A stretch of DNA of 64,000 nucleotides from Eledone cirrhosa (lineage: Eukaryota), in contig OZ024743.1 in the NCBI GenBank assembly GCA_964016885.1, positions 348,750,001 to 348,814,000 on the forward strand, in the 5' to 3' direction. Made by a program: the position numbers and the translations under genes. The notes under the pieces are model-generated. The model made no database searches. It saw only the letters and a program-made list of their open reading frames with translations, and was not told the origin of the DNA. Positions 52,906 through 64,000 of this stretch are shown piece after piece (position 1 is the stretch's first letter; each line of letters begins with the position of its first letter).

Positions 52906-53980
52906 TTGAAGTTCCGTTTTCCCCATCATGCCGTGTGTCAAACTGACTCCTGGGGGAAATGTTATACTACAGACATTTTACAGTCAATATTCACACAAAT
53001 GGTGCCGCAAGGGTACAGACAACAATAAATATGTTTGCCCGGTTTTCAAATTGATAATGCATTTCTCAGGACATGGAGAGTGCCAGTGGGCAATATATTC
53101 TGTATTGTTTGCTGAGAAGGCCCAACTATTTTTCAGTTCCCTTTTTTATCATTCCAAGTGCGCCAACTATCAGTGGTAATGAGCAGGCCTTAAGATCAAT
53201 TTGAATTGATAGATCGTTATACTCACTGAGCTTTCCAAACTCTTTTGAGATGTTACGATCTGATGGAAGGTTTATGTCAATTGAGAAACGTGTTTTCTTT
53301 CTCTGTATGCTCCTTCCCAATTATATCAGATATGTCGGGCTTGGTTGTTCGATCAGTGCACATAGGGAAATCCCATCAGATTGTCATGTTCATGCTTCCT
53401 ATTACTGCATATGTGTGATGGTTGAACCATTTTCCCTCCGCTTTCAGACTTTCGAACTTGCACATTACCAAGTGTAAGTATTGCGGCTATCTATCTTCCC
53501 TCGCTTTATATTTCTGGGGACCTAAAATGTACAGCCTGAACCCAAGTGGTCCATGGTGACACAATGCTCAGCATAGAACCGACAATTTGGGTCAGTTCAA
53601 TTACTGATCATATTGGCTTCTAATTTTCACCTTTAAAGAGACTTCTCTTGTGCAACTAAAACGAAGCGGTCACACTTTGCCTTTAGCGCAGATATCGGCG
53701 GCCGTAGATGGGCGAAGGCTTGATCTACATCAGGTTCTTTGCTCCAGAGAACATACTACCCATGTGCTACTGAGTTTTTCCTTTCTTCGAGCGAACCTTT
53801 CTTCCGTGGAGACTTCCAGGTCCTCATTCACTTGCTTCATGCACTTCCGTAGTACACATTAGTGTCGTCACAACTTCCCTGCAGACGTTTGTGAAACGAA
53901 AATTGGACGCCATCATGCACTTGTGCCGCTGGCCATTTTCATAAAGTAAACCATTTGGGATCCTCCCGTCCGGCATACGA
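52906..53980 (-). mobile_element. Second decayed R4/Dong-like LINE 3' fragment
   Basis: Minus strand: PDI, IDINLPSDRNIS..KLSEYNDL, PLIVGALGMIKKG, IQNILPTGTLHVLRNALSI-stop (REL endonuclease C-terminus). Confidence 0.7.
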
Positions 53981-54619
53981 TGTACTTGTCCGAGTCACAG
54001 CAAACAGCACTGTTGGAGTAGAATGAATATGTTGGGTACATTGGCCTGGGTTTTAGATTTCAGTGTTAGTCACTCGGTCAGTCCAGGAGACCAGCAATTT
54101 GGGGGATTGGAAAGTAGATTACATGAAGCCCAGTCCTTCATTTTAACAATTATAAACAAACCCATATTACCCACGAAATTAACCAAAGGACAATATTACG
54201 TTCAATCCTACACACAAAACCGGATTTATACGATCAGATTGAGATTAGACTGGACCTTGCGAGGTTCATTTTATAACAAATTTGCGTGTGAATTGAGGAA
54301 CATTTAGCTGCTTGCAATGCAACCATATAGAGGTCCCCTAATTGATGTACGCCGTAGCGGGAGTATAAAATACTAGAGTGCTTTGTTGAACGTATTATAA
54401 GATCAAAATGACGTTAAACCGGAAGTTGTAATTTTCATTGGATTCCTATAGTTTTAATGTAGTACTTTATGTGATTTGATGTCACTCGAGTCATATTTCC
54501 CACTACTCGTTAGAAGATTCCATTTTCGTCTACAATGAAAGTCCATACATTGTTTTGTCATAATGCAGAAACTCTTTTTGAGGTGATGGTTATGCCATTT
54601 TTGATATTCATTTTTGATG

Positions 54620-54795
54620 TCCTCCTCCTCCTCCTCCTCCTCCTTCTTCTTCTTCTTCTTCTTCTTCTTCTTCTTCTTCTTCTTCTTCTTCTTCTTCTTC
54701 TTCTTCTTCTTCTTCTTCTTCTTCTTCTTCTTCTTCTTCTTCTTCTTCTTCTTCTTCTTCTTCTTCTTCTTCTCATCCTCCTCCTCCTCCTCCTG
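54620..54795. repeat. (CCT)n/(TTC)n microsatellite
   Basis: Seen directly in the sequence. Confidence 0.95.
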
Positions 54796-55562
54796 TTCCT
54801 TCAAATACCGACCATAACTTCATGTCAGTCCAAACGAGAAGCAAACTCAGCAAAAACATTTACAAAAGAGAAAAAATATATACATGATAACAACACTGGC
54901 TACCACCATCACGGTTACCCCTACACCAACAACACAGACACCCACAAAACAAAACAAAAAACAACAACTATTGACATCACCCCAAACACAACAAAAACAA
55001 ACATAGGAGAAAGAACAACAACAACGATCACCACAAGACACAAACATTCACAGATGGAAAAAAATATCAAGAACAACGATGATTATCCCCAATACACACA
55101 CCGCCACCACCACCACCTCCACAAGAACAACAACAACAACAACAACAACGCAAATAACTACAGAAAAAATACACCTTCAACCACAACTTCCAACAACACT
55201 GCTACAACACAACTATCCACAAAAGCAAGTAACAGAAAATACCCTGACCACACCTTACAACAATCACCATCAACAAAACAAGACAAATCTTATGAACAAC
55301 AACAACAACAACTACTACAACAACAAAAAATAAGGCTAGCACCATAAATTAAGGCTATCACCAGCAGCAGCAGCAGGAGCAGCAACAGCGGTCACAGCGG
55401 CAGCAGTAACAGCACCAAGATATTTGGCTGCAATAAAAGCACCACTAATCTGCCAAACATCTCCAATAGGATGTGCATCACTGCACATGCACATGTAAAA
55501 CAAGCACCGATGCAAATACGCATGAACACACAGAAATCTATGCATACATGTACATGAGAGGG

Positions 55563-55650
<88 letters not shown>

Positions 55651-55681
55651 TGAAGGAGAGAGAGAGAGAGAGAGAGAGGGG

Positions 55682-55737
<56 letters not shown>

Positions 55738-56328
55738 TGAAGGAGAGAGTAAGAGAAAGAGAGAAAAGAAAAGAAAGACATACTCGCACAAAAATATATT
55801 AATATCAATGCATTTATCATCAGTGCACAAAAAATTTGATGCAAGCAATATGGCGACGAAGGTAAGGATAGAGTGTGAGGTTATATCCAACAAAGAACAC
55901 GATGATGAGCTAAGAGAAAGAGGGGGGAGATATTATAGAGTTAATGGTTTGTATTGCACGAAGTGTGATTAACTGAATGACCTCGCTTTCACTGCACAGG
56001 CATGCTGGACATACGATTGCATGTATATATAACGTAAATGATTAAGATCTAACATATAAATTGTATATAGGACATTTACGAGCATATATGAGCCAGATCC
56101 CACCCCCAAAAAAGAATAAAGAAATGATAATAATATTTCAAAGACAAATATTGAAGAAATCTTCTCATCAGGAAAGTAGATTGTTCTACCAGGATGCCAA
56201 GATACGGTTGTAAGTGTGTGTGTATGTGTCTGCCTGCATGTATGTATATACATGCGCACACAGTACACACACACACATACACACACATACACACACATAC
56301 ACAAACCTGTATATATATATATATATAT

Positions 56329-56619
56329 ATAAAACATGTCTATAGAATCACCAGATAAAATATATACCATTTCCTGTAAAATATATACCATAAAATATAT
56401 ACCATTTGACTGTATATCTGGGCGATACGCTGTCGAAATATTCGATAACTATTCCGTCGCAGCCGTCGCGAAGGGATGGTTTCGGTTATTTGTTGGAATT
56501 TCTTCATAGAAGCATTATTCTTATAGCTTGGTCTATTCGATTTTTTATATGGTTAATTGGGCTAATTGGGAGAGGAAATGGTATATATTTTATATGGTGA
56601 TTCTATAGACATGTTTTAT
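56329..56619. repeat. Fold-back element, about 47-bp arms, next to (TA)n
   Basis: 56329-56375 pairs with 56573-56619; the inner end of the left arm is stuttered three times (TAAAATATATACCAT). Confidence 0.75.
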
Positions 56620-56715
56620 GATATATAGCTCTAATTATTTAATTTATTAACTTTTCATTGAGCCACAAAGTGACCCGTTGCAAAACACGTATATATATAT
56701 ATATATATATATATA

Positions 56716-56964
56716 ATGTAGGAGGTGAGTTTTATTGTAGTACAATAAAGCAATGCAGATATCGGATTTACAACTGATATGTTGATATCGGATTTAAAAC
56801 AGATATGTTGATTTAAAACTGCACTATCAACAAGTGTTTTTTAGCCTTCATATCATGTTCTCCTGTTTTATCTGATGAAAACACAAATATTATTGCTTGA
56901 TGATGTTTGTTTTTGAAATGCGCATAATAAAATATATGGAACTCCTTTAACCATCTTTTGATCT

Positions 56965-56972
<8 letters not shown>
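56716..56972. mobile_element. PLE-type fragment of the 12812-12986 family, between (TA)n tracts
   Basis: 56717-56768 is the reverse complement of 12935-12985; 56927-56970 matches 12854-12899. Confidence 0.8.
56866..56932 (+). ncRNA. Type-I hammerhead ribozyme
   Basis: UUUUAU CUGAUGA AAACACAAAUAUUAUU GCUU GAUGAUGUUUGUUUUU GAAAU GCGC AUA^ AUAAAA; palindromic loop III, ~16-bp stem II. Confidence 0.85.
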
Positions 56973-57006
<34 letters not shown>

Positions 57007-57913
57007 CTTTATAAATATATATATATATATTTAGTACTTTTTGATATTTCTGATGAAACAGTCGGAAGGCCGGTCAAGGTGTGTTGCCATGCCAGGTCCA
57101 TGTCTGTCAGGTCTTCCTCCGCAGACTTCCATAAGATTTTGACAGGTCTGACTTGCTTCCTAGGCTCTCCAACTCTTAGCTTGAGTTCGAGGGAGGAATT
57201 TACTTGATGCTACTTGCACATGAAAAATCATTTTTCGTCGAGGTACGGAGATGGTTTCCTGTAGATTACTCAGCCAGACACTTTTCTTAACCTCATTTGA
57301 GATATAGTCACGCCAAACAATCTTAAGTATACTCCTAACATATCTACAGATCGTTAGATTTCTCAGGCTTTTTGTTCTGACTGTGTCTTTGTAGGGTTAG
57401 CCCTATTCATTCGTCATAATACTCATAGTTCTGTAGTCTTTTTATTACTCCAATTTTTGTGGTGAATCTAAATGTTCTTCTATATAGGGATTTTACCACT
57501 GTAGTTTTGAATATGTTTGGATATATGCTGCCTCCATTTAAGTCTGTACCCTTATTTATCTCTTTGGTGACTCACAAAAATGTATATTCTCCAACTCAAA
57601 CACGTGTCTGGTATATATTTTTACTGTTGCTTTATAGTAGGATGTTTGAGACATCCGACACAGCATCAATATGGGCCCATCTCATGTGTCATCAACGAGT
57701 CTGTTGTCTGTGAGACAATTTTAACAGTTTGTTGTGTAATGACGATTGTTTCCAATAGCAATCGTCTATTTCTATGCAACACAACCAATGAGTATTACTC
57801 TTTGTCAGTAGTATCAGTGCCGACATATATAAATTCTTCAAAGAAAGACATTTCTAATTTAGTAATTATTTTTATATTGTACATGTCAGCGGATGTAAAA
57901 AATATTTGCATTC

Positions 57914-57960
<47 letters not shown>

Positions 57961-58376
57961 CATATATATATATATTTATTGAAGGCGCGTAGTTGAGTCG
58001 TTAGAGAATAGGATTCGCAAACGTGAGGTTGTGTCTTCCATTCCCAGTCTTTATTCCATGCACGTTGCTCCTTCTGCCTGAATTTACAGCCGACATACAG
58101 TATTAGCAATTGGAAAGACCAATTGAAACATTGTTTCTCCGTCCGATTTGACGAGCTCCATCCGACTCATTAAGCGAATAAGGTCTGTCGAAAAGGCCGG
58201 ATCTCCGCCGTCGGTGTCCTGAATGTGTTCACGTAACCAACTTCATACCCAAGGTATCGGGTATTCTGGTAGGTTATGTTCCACTTGTGTCTCACCACAC
58301 TCTCTCTGATATATATATGTGTATGTGTGTGTGTGTGTATGTGTGTGTGTGTGCGTGCGTGTGCGTGCGTGCGTGC

Positions 58377-58449
<73 letters not shown>

Positions 58450-58779
58450 TCGTCACTGGCCCATCACCAGTTATTACTGCATGAAATGGAGACTGAGCCC
58501 TCTACCAAAGTCTGGAACGCTTCCCCTCTTAACCCGAGTAAATGTGGAATTAGTCCCGTAATGGTTTTTGGCCAATTGGGCTGAGGATCAAAACCTTTTT
58601 GTTTTATTGACTGGATCGCATCCACATAGTATATTATAAGAAACTTGTTCCATTATTTGACAAACGTTTCTAAATAGAGAAGAAAAATAAGAAGAGTTGA
58701 AATTGAAGCATGCAAGACTCCACAGCCCTAGCATCACTCCTTTATAGTCAGCCTTTGAACTTTTCAGCCAACCTTCGTA
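58450..58779 (-). mobile_element. Mariner-like DNA transposon terminal fragment
   Basis: Minus strand TA-CGAAGGTTGGCTGAAAAGTTC resembles a mariner TIR with a TA target; partner TIR not found. Confidence 0.5.
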
Positions 58780-59313
58780 TATAGCGGGAGAGAAATAGAA
58801 ATAAAGATAGAAAGCGGGAAAGAGAAAATGGCAGAGAAAGGGAGAGAAAGATTTGCGAAGAGTTTTCGCGGGTATTGATTTGCTTAATGATAGAATTAAA
58901 TAAGACAAGGGAAACAATTCAAATGAGCCGACAGCATGAATACACATAAATATATTAAGGGCTGATGTACTGTATGACATAAAATTTGGTATGGTTTAGT
59001 TTCTACAACACTATAGTTAGATCTCATCTCCTTCCCCCATAGCATAATTCTTAGAAAGGAACTTCCTGTCGAACCACTTCCTTTATCTTTTAAGTCGTAC
59101 TTCCTTCAACCTCTGTCTCTCTTTTTAACCTTTCTTATTCTCCGTCGTATTCTCTATTTTATTGCTTTTTCTCCTTTAACTAACTTCCAATTATATATAG
59201 TGTATTTGCTTCTCTTTCTCTCCCATGCCCTCTTTCCCGCATTCTGTGTATATATATACACATACACGTAAACATACACGCTCGCACGCACACACACAGA
59301 CGCACAAACACAA

Positions 59314-59432
<119 letters not shown>

Positions 59433-59611
59433 CTTAGTTAAATCGAAGTTTTGTCTGTGGCCAAGCTAAAGATGTACAATTAGGAATGTTCAGCAAAGCA
59501 CTCGATAAGGTTTTAGGCCTTAGAGTAATAACATACGTTTAGTCAGCTTTACAAATGGTTTATCGCTCTACATGGCTGAATGCAATACATGCAAAACACC
59601 TTTTTTCGAAT

Positions 59612-59820
59612 ATTGGTTTCTTATATAGGCTCAAGGCCAGTGATTTTGGGGGAGGGAAAGTCTATTAAATCGACCCCAGTGCGTCACTGGTACTTTATTT
59701 TATCGACCCCGTGAGGATGAAAGGCAAAGTTAACATCGGCGGGATTTGAACTTAGAAAGGCAAGGGCCGTAACTATATGCGTCAAAGCATGGGGTCCGAC
59801 CCTCTAACGATACTGCTAAA
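59612..59820 (-). mobile_element. SINE family A
   Basis: Family core and tail on the minus strand. Confidence 0.88.
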
Positions 59821-59916
59821 TTATAATATTAGATTCGTTTGCAATTATGCAAACAGCCTCTTTACAGCCATGTCAGTAGAATGACCCTATCATATTTGCT
59901 CTTGTGTTGGCATGGA

Positions 59917-59998
<82 letters not shown>

Positions 59999-60000
<2 letters not shown>

Positions 60001-60085
60001 TGAGATTCTACAGGACTAGAACTGTTTCATTCTTTAGAAATCATCAGGAATCATGAAAGAGTTCTAGTCCTGTACAATCTCATCT
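59999..60085. repeat. Short fold-back with a degenerate minus-strand hammerhead core in its loop
   Basis: GATGAGATTCTACAGGACTAGAACT pairs with AGTTCTAGTCCTGTACAATCTCATC; minus strand reads CUGAUGA UUUCUAAAGAAU GAAAC. Confidence 0.65.
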
Positions 60086-60179
60086 ATATTAAAACTTTTA
60101 TACTCTGCTATGTATTGAGTACCTTACTTACTGTGGTTACCTCCGATTCAAGCCGGAATAACGTATATATATACGATAG

Positions 60180-60437
60180 AGTGTGTTCTAGTTGGTATGC
60201 TAAAAGAACCAGCTTGCTCGGGAAGTTAACGTGCATTTGGTTCATCATTCCACAGACTCGCATACCGTTAATATATTTCTCAGGGAGAATCAGCGTGACA
60301 TAAAGTGTGACAAACACTTTGAATTACTGGAACAACGTGAAATAACGTATCTTGCTCAAGGACACTTTTATCGCCACCGGGAATCGAATTCATGATCTTA
60401 TGATTGACAGCCGAATGCCCTACCCATAAAGGCACGC
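60180..60437 (-). mobile_element. tRNA-derived SINE, family B-like
   Basis: Minus-strand B-box-like TTCGATTCCC and GTGTCCTTGAGCAAGA; the TTCTCAGGGAGA block is shared with about 16975-17020. Confidence 0.6.
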
Positions 60438-60508
60438 AACTCATCATATATCACATATACACTCCCACAAAGACACACACGCACACACACACAACCCCCC
60501 TCCACATA

Positions 60509-60847
<339 letters not shown>

Positions 60848-60909
60848 GAACTTTTTTTGTTTAATATAAGAAACTGTTTCATTGTTTTATTCATTATTTT
60901 TTAAATATT

Positions 60910-60946
<37 letters not shown>

Positions 60947-61112
60947 TATATGTATATATATATATATACATATATATTTCATAAATAGCCCTCGAAACAG
61001 CTTGAGCTCTGCCGTCGCGGTCATACTTTTTCCTATTTCCCACTCTACTACCCTAAGTATTGAGTACTCTGGTGCGTTATGGTCCATCCGGTACCTTACC
61101 ACAATTCCTTTG

Positions 61113-61152
<40 letters not shown>

Positions 61153-61629
61153 CTTTTCATGGCAGCGATAATGAGGGACAGAGACCGCTGGAGAGAACTC
61201 GTCCATGGATCTCGGGAATTTTACCCGCCTTAGATAGATATATATATATATATATGCATCTATATGCCCTGACCTAATCCGTCTCTCTATATCACTGTTT
61301 CTTCAGCCATTCTTCTATCATTCTAAGTCTATCCCATACACTATCACACCACACCATATCTATAGGTCTCTTAGTCTTTCTCACAATCTGTTTTCATACA
61401 TTACATCATCGATTTACCTCCTAAATTCTATTTGCCATTCTTTCGTCATTCTCCTCTTCACATATAACGCCTCCTACTACATGTCACTAATTATATTTCA
61501 ATCCCTCAATTGTTTAGTTCTCCTTCCTTCTCATTTGTCTCTTTCTCTGTCTCTTCTCTTCCGCACGCTCTCTCCCTCCTTCTCTCCCATACTTATACTC
61601 TTCCTCCTGTACGTGTCTGTCTGAATATG

Positions 61630-61636
61630 TCTCTTT

Positions 61637-61701
<65 letters not shown>

Positions 61702-61887
61702 TATCTCTCTCTCTATCTCTATCTCTCTCTCTCCGTGTTTCTTTTCTCCCTGCAATATGTCTCTTTCTTTCTCTCCCATACTGCTTCTCCTACTTCATCT
61801 GTCTGTTTATATTCCCCCCCTCTCTATCTCTCTCCCATACTTCGTCTCCTACTTTATCTGTCTGTTTATATGCCCCCCCCCCCCCCC

Positions 61888-61927
<40 letters not shown>

Positions 61928-61936
61928 TTCTCCCCC

Positions 61937-62006
<70 letters not shown>

Positions 62007-62569
62007 TCCTTAACCTCTCACACTAATTCAAACACTGCTTATTCCACTTTGTGAGCAATATCACTATCTCTCACTCTCTCTCTCATTCCCATTGACTGTA
62101 TTTCATCCATTTTCCCTAGCATCCACATTCTCCCCTGTACTCTCCCTAATCCTATTAGAATCTCTATTTCCCATGTCTTACTCTCCCTCTCTCTCTGACA
62201 ATCTCTCGTTCCCATTCACACCAAAACCCTTTACTACTCCGTCCCCCTTACAACCAATAGAGTCCGCTATATTAACTGCAAGGGGAAGCCTTGCAACGCT
62301 ATCACCCCAATTGAAGATATTAACATAATGACCCCTAAAGGGGAGGGAGCAGTATGTACCACAATACACTTTCATTCGCACACCTCGCAACCTCGCATTA
62401 ACCCTTATTATACCAAAGGTCCACAAGATCGACCCTTACGTGACACGAACGCTAAACGAGACTATCATAAATTTAACCCTTTACACTCTATCATTATTTC
62501 TATAACCCTTTCCTCCGCACATATGATTAGCCTTCTGTTAGATTCACTCATTGTATGAGTAAATACACA

Positions 62570-62625
<56 letters not shown>

Positions 62626-62626
62626 G

Positions 62627-62671
<45 letters not shown>

Positions 62672-62673
62672 TC

Positions 62674-62761
<88 letters not shown>

Positions 62762-62762
62762 A

Positions 62763-62797
<35 letters not shown>

Positions 62798-63031
62798 GCT
62801 CTCTCTCTCTCTCTGATTCTCTCTCTCACCCAAACACTCACTCTATCTCTATCTCTTTCTCTCTTTCTCATTCTCTCTCAAAGATCCACAAACGATTACA
62901 CACGAATTATATACATATAATCATACATACATATATATACATACGTACATTTATGCATACATACATATATACGGACATACATGCATACAAATATATTTGA
63001 CTGCATGTGTTTGTGTATAACATATATATAC

Positions 63032-63063
<32 letters not shown>

Positions 63064-63094
63064 ATGTGTGTATGCGTGTATGGGTGTTGTGTGC

Positions 63095-63135
<41 letters not shown>

Positions 63136-63356
63136 TATATATACCATATCTCTCTCTCTATATATATATATGTGTGTGTGTGTGTATGTGTATCTGTGTG
63201 TGTGTGTGTGTGCATGTTTATATATGTATACATAAATATATATATATGTGAATGTGTGTGTGCGTGTGTGTATGTGGGTATGGGTGTGTGTGTGTGTGTG
63301 TATGTGTGTGTATGTGTGTGTATGTGTGTGTGTGTATGTGTGTGTGCGTGTCTGAG

Positions 63357-63387
<31 letters not shown>

Positions 63388-63450
63388 CTGTGTGTGTGTG
63401 TGTGTGTATGTGGATGTGTGTGTGTGTGTATGCGTGTGTGTGTATGCATG

Positions 63451-63489
<39 letters not shown>

Positions 63490-63886
63490 CAAGCCCATTT
63501 TCCCTCTTTCTATACTTCCGCTCCCTTTTTTTTATGTTTTATTTATTATCAACTCATTTTTTTTATATATTTCTTCTAGAATATTTTCCATTATTACCCT
63601 TTATTACGCTCCTTCATCCACCACCTCCGCTTCCTCTCCAAACCCGACCTTCCCTCTGATCCTGCAACCACCCCTCCGACACCTCTGAACCTCTTTCTTC
63701 TTACTTTTCTTCTTCTTCTTCTTCTTCTTCTTCTTCTTCTTCTTCTTCTTCTTCTTCTTCTTCTTCTTCTTCTTCTTCTTCTTCTTCTTCTTCTTCTTCT
63801 TCTTCTTCTTCTTCTTCTTCTCTCCTCCCACTCCTCTTCCTTCTCCTCCTATTCCTCATATACCTCCTCCTCCCCCTCCTCCTTCT

Positions 63887-63918
<32 letters not shown>

Positions 63919-64000
63919 TTCTTCTCCTTCTTCTTCTGCTTCTATTCCTCTCCTCCTCCTCCACCACTTCCCCTCTTCTTCTTCTTCTTCTTCTTCTTCT
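61630..64000. repeat. Dense (CT)n, (CA/TG)n, (TA)n and (TTC)n microsatellite block (similar tracts occur throughout the window)
   Basis: Seen directly; such tracts account for most low-complexity ORFs in the track. Confidence 0.95.

Noticed and set aside
54535-55347. 270-aa ORF with poly-L and a T/N/Q-rich region
   Set aside because: Built from (CTT)n and degenerate (CAA)n sequence.

Overview
Eukaryotic, repeat-saturated non-genic DNA, most likely from a coleoid cephalopod (probably an octopod; inferred from the SINE type and the extreme TA/CA/GA microsatellite load). No host protein-coding exon is recognisable, and most ORF-track entries are microsatellite read-throughs or decayed retroelement pieces. 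Contents: decayed non-LTR retrotransposons (two R4/Dong-like, three Tx1/L1-like, three RTE-like, one Ingi/Vingi-like); about 20 copies of one tRNA-derived SINE; a 5'-truncated Penelope-like element (PLE) with an open RT-GIY-YIG frame; small Tc1/mariner-type pieces; and a 63-copy 46-bp tandem array amplified out of a LINE RT coding sequence. The strongest hidden signal is about ten minimal type-I hammerhead ribozyme motifs from several unrelated families. Most lie in short fold-back (inverted-repeat) elements whose outer ends abut (TA)n tracts, and the fold-back junctions fall in or next to the ribozyme core. Two families carry unusually long stem II inserts, and one has a core variant (CUGAUGU) in both copies. 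All alignments, folds and family assignments were made by eye.
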